Source: Mobula hypostoma
Lineage: Eukaryota
Assembly: GCF_963921235.1 (NCBI RefSeq)
Contig: NC_086097.1
Coordinates: 194,620,001 to 194,684,000 of the forward strand
Length of the DNA: 64,000 nucleotides
Reading direction: 5' to 3'
Made by a program: the position numbers and the translations under genes. Below are positions 48,671-61,591 of this stretch, one piece after another. The notes under the pieces were generated by a model. The model saw only the letters and a program-made list of their open reading frames with translations, was not told the DNA's origin and made no database searches. Every line of letters begins with the position of its first letter. The stretch's first letter is position 1.

Positions 48671-51600
48671 GTTGGACACTTTTGTGGTCCAAATGTGATT
48701 TGCTACATCACAGTTTCAGTCTGAATGCTGTTGAGGGTTTGCTGCATTTAGGGAGGTCACAGCAAAGTCCAAACTGACATCAGTGAGCAAATAGTTGCTG
48801 ATTATATGATGCCTGGTTACACTGTTGATAACAATGTCAATCAGCTTGCTGATCATTAAGGATTAACTGATGGATGGTACTAGGCAATAAATTAGATGGT
48901 TTGGAATTTTCCTGTGACCAGGACAGTCACAGCACTGGTAGATTCTCATCAATCTTGAGAATAGCCAGGCAATTGCAACATTACTGAGAAGGAGGCAGTG
49001 CTGTGACTGTTCTGGAGCAGGGTGGTTAGAGATGCAGCTCTTTCTGGAAGATGAAGTGCAGTTCCATGGCATTTCTATGTCCAGTCCTCTCAGATGTTTG
49101 TTGGTATCATATGGAAAGGATCAAGTTGTCTGTGGACTGGCCTCTCTGATAGTGGGGCATCAGGAGGAAGCTGAGGTGGCTTATGGACTCAATTAGCTGA
49201 ATTTACCGAAAATGCTTCAGCCTTGTCTTTAGTTCTCAAATGCTTGTCTTTACCATCTTTCAGAGTGGAGATTTTCCTTAGTGTTTTCCCATCCCTTGAA
49301 CTGTTTAATTTTTCTTGTCCTTATCTAGATGTTACATGACTCACAGAACTTTGATCTATCCCATTAGCTGTGACCTGTTCCTTTCTGTCCAAAGCAGGCT
49401 GTTTTGGCTGTAAATCCCATGTTGCAGCTTTACCCAGCTGCCATCTCCATTGTTAATTTACCTGCTACTGGTCTTGGCATGTCTTTCTCCACTCTTCATC
49501 AAACAAGAATTGATCTTTGGTAAGATGGCAGAATGTTCAATCGCAGAGGCTTCTACATGGTCAACTAAAGTTGTTATTGCCTTTTTTACACATAATTCTT
49601 TATGATCACTGCACAACAAGAACTTAAAGTACTGCAAGTCTACCCCATCAGGGAGTTGCTTATTGGCGGATAACCTGACGGTGCTGGACTTGTTGTGGAT
49701 CATGTTGCTGCCCGCATCAGGGAGGCATCAGACAAATTGGTGTTCGAAAGAGGTGTGCAGTCTAACAGCAAGTGATCATCTTAGTCACCTTTCTTGTGAT
49801 CAAAAGCTCTTGTTTGACATTGTTAATGTGGAATGCTGCAAATCTGATTCACTGATACATTGAGGGATGGTGAGGCGGACAGCAGGGGAGCTGTGTGGCC
49901 TCAGTTGTAGTGAGGACTGGGCCTCAAGCTGCAGCGTTGCTTGGTTACAGCCGCCCAAGAGAAAGCCGTCATAGTCAGTCCACTCCACCAGAGGCAGTAC
50001 TGCCATTGATGGTTCACACTCAAAGTTCTTACACAATGTTGAAAATTCCCAGAGCTGTTCTCATGCCACAGTTAAGCACCTTTGTGGATCTTTCCTACTG
50101 GTAGGACAGGATGTGCTCAGAGATTATGATGGAGGAGATGTTGTTTGATTAATTTGAGTGTTATGTCTCCCAGTTCAGTAAATACTAGGCTCTAATAACC
50201 ATGAGGACAACGTCTCATTTGTTACCTTGGTCAAAGCTGGTTGATTTTAATGGTGTAATTCTTTCCTCTTTCAATATACTACTAATGGTAGAACTGAGTA
50301 ACTTGCAAGGCTATTTTGAAAGACATTTCAATTCTATGCATCATTCTCAATCTTGATGTAAATTTGTATCATTGATGATCGCTCTTTCCTGGAGGATCTT
50401 GCTGTGGGATTAATCATTGAACCTGTCTTGTATAATGATTCAGGTTTAATGAATAATCTCACAGTAAAGAGAAGATCTAAAAATAACTAAACCCTTGTTG
50501 ATTCCATGATGTACGATTCTAGAAAATCAATTTAATTTTTTTCTCTCCTTTATGGAATGCAGATATTCTTGTAAAGGTGACCATTTAGTACCTGGCTCTA
50601 ATTACTTCTGGGCATTCTGGCTTTTGAGCCAACAGCCATTCTAATCAAAGTCTTGTGTTGCTGACTTGGATGATCCAAGATTCGTATGTTAAATTGATTC
50701 TGTAAACTTGTCCCCATAAACATACATACATACATACATATGATTTTAAAAAGTAGGAGTAGGCACTTTGTCTCTCAAGCTCAGAAACTGAATTTCTTTA
50801 AAATCTGAGTCCTGGTCATATACATATTTCCAGACAGTGACCTCTAGTTCTAGATTTTCCCATAAGGGGAAACATGCTCTCATTATCCCTTCTGTCAAGA
50901 ATCTCAAGAACTTGTGTTTTCTTCAAACATCTTATTTCAAAGTTAAAGGCCTAATGTATCCTATCTTCAATTTCCTATGCAACCCCATGTGAATTTCAAA
51001 AATATCCCACAATTATTCCATTCTGTTTATTGAAACACACCATTTTAACTAGATGATAGCTAAAAAGACAAAAAACTTCCACACATTTTGTTTAAGATCT
51101 TAACTACATCCTGTTTTGATTTTTTGTTGCTTGTTTTTTTAGCTGGAGCTCTCTTGGTTGCTGGTTAATCATTGATTCTTAGGAATTTATAGATACCTTC
51201 TGACAGTGCTGCTATACTGGCCAACAATGGAAGCCTATTTCCCATTTCTAGGTCCCTTGCACTCTGCACTCCTTCCAAATATTCCAGCTTTATTGCACCA
51301 ACTGGTCTGCCACTTCTCTCTAAACTCATTTTATTTATTCAATCAAATAAACCGTTTTTATTCACTTGATATGCTTTTTCAGGACTTCATTAAGGAACTT
51401 CTTCAATGTTAGATGGGTCCAACCATTGAGCTTCTGACTGTCATTACTTACTGAGCAAAATGCCTTTTTGCCTTCAGTATAGAAATGTAGAAAACAAGAG
51501 CATGAGTAGGCAATTCAGTTCCCCAAGCCTTCTTGCTATTCACTATCATGAAGGCAGATCACCCATCTCAATACACATTCCTGGTCTTTTCCCATTTGAT

Positions 51601-52294
51601 GTCTTTTGCTTTTAGAAAATTATCTATATTCATAATACAATTCAATGTCTTGCCCTCTACAGCCCTTTCTTGTAGTGAGTTCCATAGGTTCTTTCCCAAA
51701 ATAATTGATGAAATTTCTTTTCATTGCATTCCTAATTTTGTTGCCCTTCAAACTACGACTCATTCCAGACACCCCAGTCAGGGGAAAGGTCCTTCCAAAT
51801 CCAGTCTACCTAGCTCTGTCAGAACTTCATACAGTTCATTCAGGTCTCCTATTCTTCTTAGTTCAAAAGAATTAAAAACTTTTTTCAGCCTCTCATCATA
51901 GAGCTGTCTTGTTGTCCCAAGACTCAGTCTGGTCACATCTCAAATCTCCCGTATTAATTCTCTAAGGGTCCTGTAAATAATTTGTAAGAATTCTATAAAC
52001 AAAGGTTCTCCACACATAAAGAAATATCCTTGATCCTGGTACCAAGCAAAGAACACAGCCATTGGCCTGTCAATTGTGTCTCTAATCCTTACCACAATTT
52101 TATTCTCTTTCACTAGTGTGTTGAAATACCCTGTGTAATATAGTTCAAAGGTCAAATTTCAGTTGTCATGTTGTCTGGATCCATGTCAGTGTTGTTGGGC
52201 AGGATGAAAGACTGAGTCTCCTCCACTTTCCTTGCCTACCTGAATTATAGTTTAGTGCTCCTGGGCCTGACTACTGAAACCTATCGGGACTATA

Positions 52295-52665
52295 TTAGAC
52301 CTTAAGACAAAGGAGCAGAAGTCGGCCATTCAGCCCATCAAGTCTGCTCCGCTATTTTATCATGAGCTGATCCATTCTCCCATTTAGTCCCACTCCCCCG
52401 CCTTCTCACCATAACCTTTGATGCCCTGGCTACTCAGATACCTATCAATCTCTGCCTTAAATACACCCAATGACTTGGCCTCCACTGCTGCCCGTGGCAA
52501 CAAATTCCATAGATTCACCACCCTCTGGCTAAAAAAATTTCTTCGCATCTCTGTTCTGAATTGGCGCCCTTCAAGCCTTAAGTCATGCCCTCTTGTACTA
52601 GACTCCCCCCATCATAGGAAACAACTTTGCCACATCCACTCTGTCCATGCCTTTCAACATTTCAA
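52295..52665 (-). mobile_element. CR1 3' fragment
   Basis: Homologous to 3900-4280. Confidence 0.85.
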
Positions 52666-53900
52666 CATATCTCTTCCTATCGTCACTGGTAAAAATGCCA
52701 TTCCCTTTTCTCAGATCCTCTATCTCCGCAACATCTGCTCTCAGGATGAGACTTTATATTCCCGAACAATTGAGATATCACCCTCATTCAAAGAAATGGG
52801 CTTCCCTTCCTCCACCATCAACGCTGCCCTCACCTGCATCTCTTCGATTTTATGCACAGCTGCCCTCACCCCATCTTCCCACCGCCACACCAGGGACAGG
52901 GTTCCTCTTGTCCTCACCTACTACCTCAACAGCCTCTGCATCCAGCACAAAATTCTCCATAACTCCTGCCACTGCCATCTCCAATGGGATCCCACCACCA
53001 AGTACATCTTTCCCTCTCCTCCACTTTGTGACTCCCTTGTCCACTCACCTCTCCCCACTGATCTCCCTCCAGGTACTTATCTTTGCAAGTGGAACGAGTG
53101 CCTCACCTGTCCCTACACTTTCTGCCTCACAATTCAGGGCCTCAAACAGTTCTTGCAGGTGATGTGGACCTTCACCTGTGAGTCTATTGGGGTCATCTAC
53201 TGTGTCTAGTGCTCCAGTGTGGCCTCCTGCATATGGGTGAGACCCGAGGTAGATTGGGAGACCGCTTCGCTGAGCACCTTTGCTCCATCTGCCACAAAAA
53301 GCGGGATTTCCCCGAAGCTTCCCATTTCAATTCTACTTTCCATTCCTATTCTGACATGCCAGTCCATGGCCTCCTCTACTGCCAGGATGAGGCCACACTC
53401 AGGTTGAAGGAGAAACACGTTGTATTTCATCTGGGTCACCTCCAACCTGATGGCATGAACAACAATTCTTTGAACTTCTGGAAATTGCCCCCCTCCCCCC
53501 TTATCATTTCCCATTCTTGATTCTTTCTCTCACCTTCTCTTCTTACTTGCCCATCTGGTGCTCCTCCCCCGCCCCTTCTTCCACAGTCTCCTGTCCTCTC
53601 CTATCAGAGTCCCCCTTCTCCAGCCCACTATGTCTTTCACAACCAACTTCACAGATCTTTACTTCATCCTCTCCGCCTTTCCTGGTCTCACCTGTCACCT
53701 GCCACCTTGTACTTCTTCCTCCCCTTCCCCAATGTTCTTATTCTGACTTCTCCCCTTCCTTTCCAGTCCTGATAAAGGGTTTTGCCTGAAACATCGACTG
53801 TTTAATCTTCTCTATAGATGCTGCCTGGCCTGCTGATTTCCTCCAGCATTTTGTGTGTGTTGCTTTGGATTTCCAGCATCTGCAGATTTTCTCGTGTTGT
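52666..53900 (+). mobile_element. Decayed Penelope-like element (RT C-terminus, GIY-YIG, pLTR)
   Basis: KNAIPFSQILYLRNICS, VPLVLTY and VIYCV..MGETRGRLGDRFAEH motifs. Confidence 0.9.
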
Positions 53901-54387
53901 TAACCTTGTACTCCCTGGTGCATCACCATGTCTCCAATTTAGACATCTGCTCAATACCTCTAAGCTCCAGTTCAGTTTCTGGAGCTGTGAACACTTACAC
54001 TATAGATAGGATCTCACCAGCTTTCAATAACTACAGCTTCAACATACTATCTTGCAAGATCATCTCTATCCAATTTTGTCTTAAATATTTAATCAGTTAA
54101 ATTTATTTGATTCACTTGACATTTTAAATTTCATTTTCTAATTAATTAATGTCATTTGAGTTATTCATGTACTAAGAGTTATATTTTATCTCCTCTTAGC
54201 CCAACCAAACTTCATGGTTTAAGGAATATAGTAAAGAGTACTGTAGTACAAACCAGCCAATCACCCCTCTGTGGAATGGGATACTGTGGGTACTGCGATT
54301 TGAGTTATTTTTCTTCTCAGGCTATAATTTCCATTGCTTTTATCCTCACAAATCTCATTTGCCTGCTTTTGCTCTACCTTCGCTATT

Positions 54388-55050
54388 TCTCTCCCACCCT
54401 TCTCTCTCTCGCGCCCCCCTCTCTCACATCCCCCTCTCTCGCACCCCACCTCTCTCGCACCCTTCTCTCTCTTGCACCCTGCTCTCTCGCACCCCGCTCT
54501 CTCGCACCCTTCTCTCTCTCGCACCCGCCTCTCTCGCACCCGCCTCTCTCGCATCCGCCTCTCTCGCACCCCCTTTTCTCGCACCCCCTTCTCTTGCACC
54601 CACTTCCCTCGCACCCACTTCCCTCGCACCCCCCTCTCTCGCACCCCCTTCTCTCGCACCCCCTCTCTCTCGCACCCCACTCTCTCGCACCCTCCCTCTT
54701 TCCCATCCTTGTCTCTCTCGCACCCTTCTCTCTCTCGTACCCCCCTCTCGCACCCCCTCTCTGGCACCCCCCTCTCTGGCACACCCCCTCTCTGGCACAC
54801 CCCCTCTCTCACCCCCGCTCTCTCACACCCCCTCTCTCTCGCACCCCACTCTCTCGCACCCCCTCTCTGGCACCCCCCCCTCTGGCAACCCCCTCTCTCT
54901 CGCACCCCCCTCTCTCGCACCTCCCTCTCTTACACCCCCCTTGCACCCCCCTCTCTCCGCCCCCACCTCTCTCTGCCCGTCCCCTTCTCTCTTACCTCCG
55001 TCCCCCCTCTCTCTCGCTCCCCCCCTCTCTCTTGCTCCCCCCCCCACACC
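54388..55050. repeat. C/T-rich degenerate minisatellite (~15-17-bp ctctcgcaccc units)
   Basis: Visible low-complexity periodicity; open reading in most frames. Confidence 0.9.
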
Positions 55051-57081
55051 TCTTATCACCCTCATTATTAATTGCTGGTCCCGGTCTCTATTTTATTTTA
55101 TTGTATTTGATGACTGATCCCACTCTGATGTTTCCAATATGAAGCATAATAGGAAACTCCAGAAATATTCTTTCAGTTCTCAACATCACTGATAAGAACA
55201 TCAATTATTATGAATCCATAATCTGCTCTTGAGAAGATGATAGTGAGCCAACCTTTTTGGATCACCATCTTCATTCTCAAGAAAGCATTTTCTAATTGCC
55301 AATGGAGAAGGAGGGCAATAACGAAGAAACAGTGACAGGCACTAATGTGTGAGCAGGATGGGAATAGTCCTCCAAGTAGCTGAATCAATTCTCCTTCCTG
55401 GAGAGGTCATAGGTTTGAGAGGTGCATTCAGAATAGTCCATATGAATAACTCCAGTCCATTTAAAAGATGGTAAAACACTGCAGCTATTGATTACTAGTT
55501 TGCAGAGAATAGATACTTAAGGTGGTTGATAGGATATAACTAAAAGGGCTGCTTTCTCCTCGATGATTTTGAGGTTCTTGAGTGATGCTGACTCTGCAAT
55601 TATCCAGGCAAATTGAGAGTATTCTGTCATACTCCTGATCTGAGCTTTGCACATGAAGGAAAGACTTTGGAGTGTGTGAAAACCCTATCACCCACTACGA
55701 GATACCTTGTCTCTGACTTGCACTTGTAGCCACAGAATGAGTTAACATCTGCTCTAGACAGAATTTAGCACCTACTATATTCCAGTGACATTATTGTACT
55801 TCTGCAAGATGATGAACTACATTTGAATTCAAAATAGTTAATATTTCTGTGTATTACTCAGAGTCTTATAAAATTCACAGTTCCCTTTTAGACCTACAGT
55901 TCCTGGTGCTGAAAATAAAATGTGAAAAATCCAGCTGTGGAGGAAATGCACTTCACAAATGGATTCCGAATTTGTAATCTTTTAATGGAAATAAAAATCA
56001 ATCACCCACTTATGTCCTTTAGTTCTTGTATACAACCTGCTCTTTGCAATCGACTTGTCTTTGCCTCCTTACAATTTCCAGTTGTGCACAGATGCTGCGC
56101 TTAAAAATGGATACATTTCTTGCTAGCCATTTGATAATCAATAGTCCAGAAGATACTTTTGTTTAATATTAGTAGAGAAACTTTTAACATTAGCATCTCT
56201 TTCTATTTTAGATTATTTTTGAAGCCTAGCCTTATTTCTAAAGCATATTAAATAATTCTGCTTGAAGAGATGGGATATGAATTTTTTATAGCAACTATCA
56301 GGAAGCAGAATTCTTTCTCCATTACCTGTACATAAAACATCAATGGGACAGAAACACAGAGCCGTGAGCAGAACCTGCTCACGATTTCCGATCCATCAAA
56401 ATGAATGCATAGAGCAGCCAGGTTTTTGTGCAATCGAACTCTTCATATCTGGATACTGAAAATGAGTATTAGTCTCCATCACCCAAGTGTTATCTTATAA
56501 ACTAGGGTGAGAAGATGTTGGACATTTTAAGAGGTCCTATAATCTGAAGTACATCTCCAGCTTCACCTTGTTTTCATTTATCATTTTTACTTTCCTCCTG
56601 GCTTTCTTAGCTTGTTTATAGTTCAGAAATCATTGTAAAGAAATGCACTAACTCAACAGCTGTTAATGTTGAAAATTGGATCCATCTCATCACCAACTAA
56701 GATAAATTTCAGTAAGCTTATCTTAATGGGACCACAGGTTGTAGATTGATTTCCTGTCAGCTGGTTGCTGAGGAACAATTTAATCAATTGCAATTAAATA
56801 AGGTTATGGATAGTAAGCAGGGCTGTGGATAAAACTTTGTTAGTAAGATGATGGAAGAATACTGAAGAAAATAATGCAAGTTTGAAGATAAAGTAAGAGA
56901 TCAAATATCAAACATAGACTAGGAAAAAGGTGAAAGAAACAGATGGAGAAGTAGACTGTTTACAAAGAAATTGATGGGAATAATTAGTGTGAATAAATTA
57001 ATTGCCTGCTTTGCAATGTGCACATTGAAAGAACTATAAGGGAACAATAATTCATAGCAAGGAGCCAGAAGTGGCAGAGAT

Positions 57082-57295
57082 CAGATTATTAGATTAGATT
57101 ATGAGGACACACAGTCCTCTTTTATTGTCATTTAGTAATGCATGCATTAGGAAATGATACAATGTTCCTCCAGAATGATATCACAGAAACACAAACACAA
57201 GACAAACAAGACTGAAAACTGACAAAGACCACATAATTATAACATGTAGTTACAATAGTGCAAAGCAATACCCGTAATTTGATAAGAACAGACCA
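57082..57295 (-). mobile_element. LINE 3' end (same family as 43800-43905)
   Basis: Shared agattatga.gacac.cagtcctcttttattgtcatttagtaatgcatgc sequence. Confidence 0.6.
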
Positions 57296-57693
57296 AATTA
57301 TTCTATTCAAGAACAAATCATTCTATTTGATAATAGAAGCATGACTACTGAAAAGTATGACTCCCAGTGAAATATTGTAGGATAGATCACATTTAGAAAG
57401 AACAGAAAAGGAAGAAGAGGGTCAAAGTAATTTCTTCAATAAAGCACCATAAATAATAGTAAAACAGAAGCAGACCAATAAGGATTAAGCAACAGTCACA
57501 ACATATGGCCTTATGCCATTGACCATTGGAACTCCTTTTTATCAGCCCTTAAAAAAGATGTCCAGTGTCACAGCTAAATCCAGTAATGGCAAATGATAAG
57601 AGCAGCGAAGGATACATCTAAATAATTACAACAAAAAAAGGTTTAAACTAAAGAGAGATGAGGAGAGGAAAAGGAACAGAAAACAAAGGAATA

Positions 57694-57788
57694 CCGCTTC
57701 CTAGAGATGCTGCCCGGCCTGCTGCGTTCACCAGCAACTTTGATGTGTGTTGCTTGAATTTCCAGCATCTGCAGAATTCCTCGTGTTT
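57694..57788 (+). mobile_element. 95-bp Penelope pLTR 3' end
   Basis: Matches ~63545-63637. TSD AAGGAATA at 57686-57693 and 57789-57796. Confidence 0.9.
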
Positions 57789-59024
57789 AAGGAATAGTTG
57801 ATATATTTTTTTGAAATTCTATTGCATTCCGTTACAATTTTTTTCTTTTTAAAAATGTAAATTAACAAGGTATCATCCCTCACATCAGTTCCTTCCCATT
57901 CTAATTAATAAATTTTCTGTCTCTGCACCAGACCTTAACAAAAAATTCCTTGGCAAAATTCCAGTGTATCTGCTCTCCATTTAAATTCTGAGGATTATTT
58001 TGAGAATTCAAATACCTGAGAAGATATCAAGGAATCACCAGAAAACTGTGGAGAGTAACACTGGGTCCTCAATAATTGTACAGGAATCCTGAACTTAGAT
58101 TTAAAACATTGAGAAATGCCAATACTGTAGTTCCATAGTAAATAGCAGGCATTTCCCACGGGTTCTGGCCTAATATGATAATCAGCAGCTCAATATTCAC
58201 AGAGGTAATTTAAAGTGATTCACAATGTTATCTTTCTGATTTGGAAAAGGAACCACTAAAGGGACTTTCTCTGGGTAAGGCACAGTAAATGCTAAGAGAA
58301 CTATTTTCAATACAATTTGTATTTGCATATCTATTTTGAAAGATAAGAAGAATCTTAACAACATTAAATATGATATAGGAGAATTTAATCAAACTCTTGT
58401 ACAACACAATATTTACTTGTTGACCACCCCTACCACTTTAAAGATTCATGATATAATTAACTTAAGATATATAAATCCATAGAGAAATTGTAGTATTATT
58501 TCAACATTGTTATTGGTGTAGGAATTTTATGTTGTTATTACTTAACCCTTAAATAATGCAGGAGATAAAACCTGAATTCCATCAGAGTCAAACTGCTGCA
58601 TTTTCTCAATATTCCATTCAAGCAAAGTATTTTATTTCTGTTTAGAGATACAGCTCAGTAACAGGCCTTTCCAGTCCAGTGATCCTGAGCTTCCTAATTG
58701 TACCCATACATTAATATAATTTATTAATTATATGACAGTATGTAACATGAGCTGTTAGTCACTATAAATGTGTTTCAATAAATAGATGGAGGATAACTTA
58801 TGTGAATAATTGCATGTAACATTTTATCTGATAGGTATGTGAATCATTCTGTAAAAATGTACTTGTCAACTCACCATTAGTGCCAAGGCTAATGATGAAA
58901 AAACTGCTAACGTTCATTTTCATTACATTATGAGTCTTAGAGAAACTTGTGGAGTATGCATATGTACAATATGAAGCACTACGTTCTGTCTTTGTTCACC
59001 TGTTAGTCCACAAGAATGCTCTCA

Positions 59025-61012
59025 GCATAACTGCGGAGAAGGATCTTGGCAATTGTAGAGATGACTTACAACATGTAGATATTAAGAAAGAGGATGTGCA
59101 GGAACTTTTGGAAAGCATCAAGTTGGATAAGTCACCGGAACCAGATGAGATGTACTTCAGGCTGCTGTGGGAGGTGAGGGAGGAGATTGCTGACCTTCTG
59201 GCGATGATCTTTGCTCATCAATGGGGATGGGAGAGGTTTCGGAGGATTGGAGGGTTGTGGATGTTGTTCCCTTTTTCAAGAAAGGGAGTAGAGATAGCCC
59301 AAGAAATTATAAACCAGTGAGTCTTACTTCAGTGGTTGGTAAGTTGATGGAGCAGATCTTGAGAGGCAGGATTTATGAACATTTGGAAAGGCATAATATG
59401 ATTAGGAATAGTGAACATAGCTTCGTGAAAGGCAGGTCATGCCTTAGGAGTCTGATTGAATTTTTTGAGGATGTGACTAAACACATTGATGATGGTAGAG
59501 CAGTAGATGAAGTGTATATGGATTTCAGCAAGACATTTGACAAGGTACCCCATGCAAAGCTTATTGAGAAATTAAGGAGGCATGGGATCCAAGGGGAAAT
59601 TGCTTTATGGATCCGGAACTGGCTTGCCCACAGAAGGCAAAGAGTGGTTGTAGATGGGTCATATTCTGCATGGAAGTCAGTCACCAGTGGTGTGCCTCAG
59701 GGATCTGTTCTGGGACCCCTACTCTTCGTGATTTTCATAAATGATCTGGATGAAGAAGTGGAAGGATGGGTTAGTAAATTTACTGATGACACAAAGGTTG
59801 GAGGTGTTGTGTATATGTTTCTATGTATAGTGTGGAAGGCTATCAAAGGTTACAGCGGGACATTGCAAAAGTGGACTGAGAAGTGGCAGATGGAGTTCAA
59901 CTCAGGTAAGGGTGAGGTGGTTCACTTTGGTAGGTCAAATATGATGACAGAATATAGTATTAATGGTAAGGCTCTTGGCAGTGTGGAGGATCAGAGGGAT
60001 CTTGGGGTCCAAGTCCATAGGACACTCAAAGCTGCTGCACAGGTTGACTCTATGGTTAAGAAAGCATATGGTGCTTTGGCCTTCATCAATCGTGGGATTG
60101 AGTTTAGAAGTGAAGAGGTAATGTTGCAGCTAAGAGGAATAGATAGAGTGGATAGCCAACGCCTCTTCCCCAGGGCACCACTGCTCAATACAAGAGGACA
60201 TGGCTTTAAGGTAAAGGGTGGGAAGTTCAAGGGGGATATTAGAGGAAGGTTTTTTACTCAGAGAGTGGTTGGTGCATGGAATGCACTGCCTGAGTCAGTG
60301 GTGGAGGCAGATACACTAGTGAAGTTTAAGAGACTACTAGACAGGTATATGGAGGAATCTAAGATGGGGGCTTATATGGGAGGCAGGGTTTGAGGGTCGG
60401 CACAACATTGTGGGCTGAAGGGCCTGTACTGTGCTGTACTATTCTATGTTCTATGTTCTATATAGGACCCTGGTCAGACCCCATTTGGAGTACTGTGCTC
60501 AGTTCTGGTCGCCTCACTATAGGAAGGATATGGAGGGTGCAGAGGAGATTTACAAGGATGTTGCCTGGATTGGGGAGCATACCTTGTGAGAATAGGTTGA
60601 GGGAACTCGGCCTTTTTTCCTTGGAGCGATAGAGGATGAGGGGCAACCTGATAGAGGTGTATAAGATGATGAGAGGCATTGATCGTGTGGATAGTCAGAG
60701 GCTTTTTCCCAGGGATGAAATGGCTAGCACGAGAGGGAACAGTTTTAAGGTGGTTGGAAGTAGGTACAGCAGAGATGTCAGGGGTAAGTTTTTTATGCAG
60801 AGAGTGGTGAGTGCGTGGAATGGGCTGCTGGCGAACAGTAGTAGAGGTGGATCCTATAAGGTCTTTTAAAAGACTCCTGGACAGGTATATGGAGTTCAGA
60901 AAAATAGAGGGCTATGGGTAACCCTAGGTAATTTCTCAGTTAAGGACATGTTCGGCACAGCTTTGTGGGCCAAAGGGCCTGTATTGTGATGTAGGTTTTC
61001 TATGTTTCTATG
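59025..61012 (+). mobile_element. CR1 LINE with a second CR1 3' end nested at ~60133-60458
   Basis: RT motifs in ORF 59221-60393. The host copy resumes at tataggaccctggtcagacc (~60460). Two (CTATGTT)n-type tails. Confidence 0.9.
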
Positions 61013-61059
61013 TTTAACTTGTAAGATGAGCTTGCTCAACAGGTCTGAGATTGTTGCGC

Positions 61060-61358
61060 CCTGTGAGGATGAGAATGAGGGCTGTAGAAGGACGAGCAAA
61101 TGAACTGTGTCACTGTGGTTCAGGAAGCCATTCATGAGGGGGAGGGAAGAAAAATATAGTTGAAATTGGGGATAGCATAGTCAGGGGAATAGACACAATC
61201 TAATGATCAGAGAGTTCCAAAGGCTGTTTGAGACATATAATCTGACCTGCAGAGGAATTTGGAGTGGGAAAGATCCAGTTGTAACGATCCATGAAGGGAC
61301 AAATGATGCAGGAAGAACAGGGAAAGAAGTTCTGCTGAGGGAATTTGAGCAGCTGGGG
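61060..61358 (+). mobile_element. Decayed CR1 ORF1 (SGNH esterase-like) fragment
   Basis: IGDSIVRGIDTI encoded at ~61165-61200. Confidence 0.55.
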
Positions 61359-61591
61359 AATCAGAATTAGAATCAGGTTTATCACCGGCATGTGACGTGA
61401 AATTTGTTAAATTAGCAGCAGCAGTTCAATGCAATACATAATCTAAGAGAGAGAAAAAAGAATAATAAATAAAATAAAACATAATAATGAATAAACAAGT
61501 AAATCAATCACATATATTGAATAGATTATTAAAAAATATACAAAAACAGAAATACTGTATATTAAAAAAAAGTGAGGTAGTGTCCAAAGCT

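Noticed and set aside
52418..53209. 263-aa ORF as a gene
   Set aside because: Antisense CR1 sequence joined by chance to a decayed Penelope frame.
54156..55142. Long ORFs (up to 328 aa) on both strands
   Set aside because: Products are low-complexity translations of a minisatellite.
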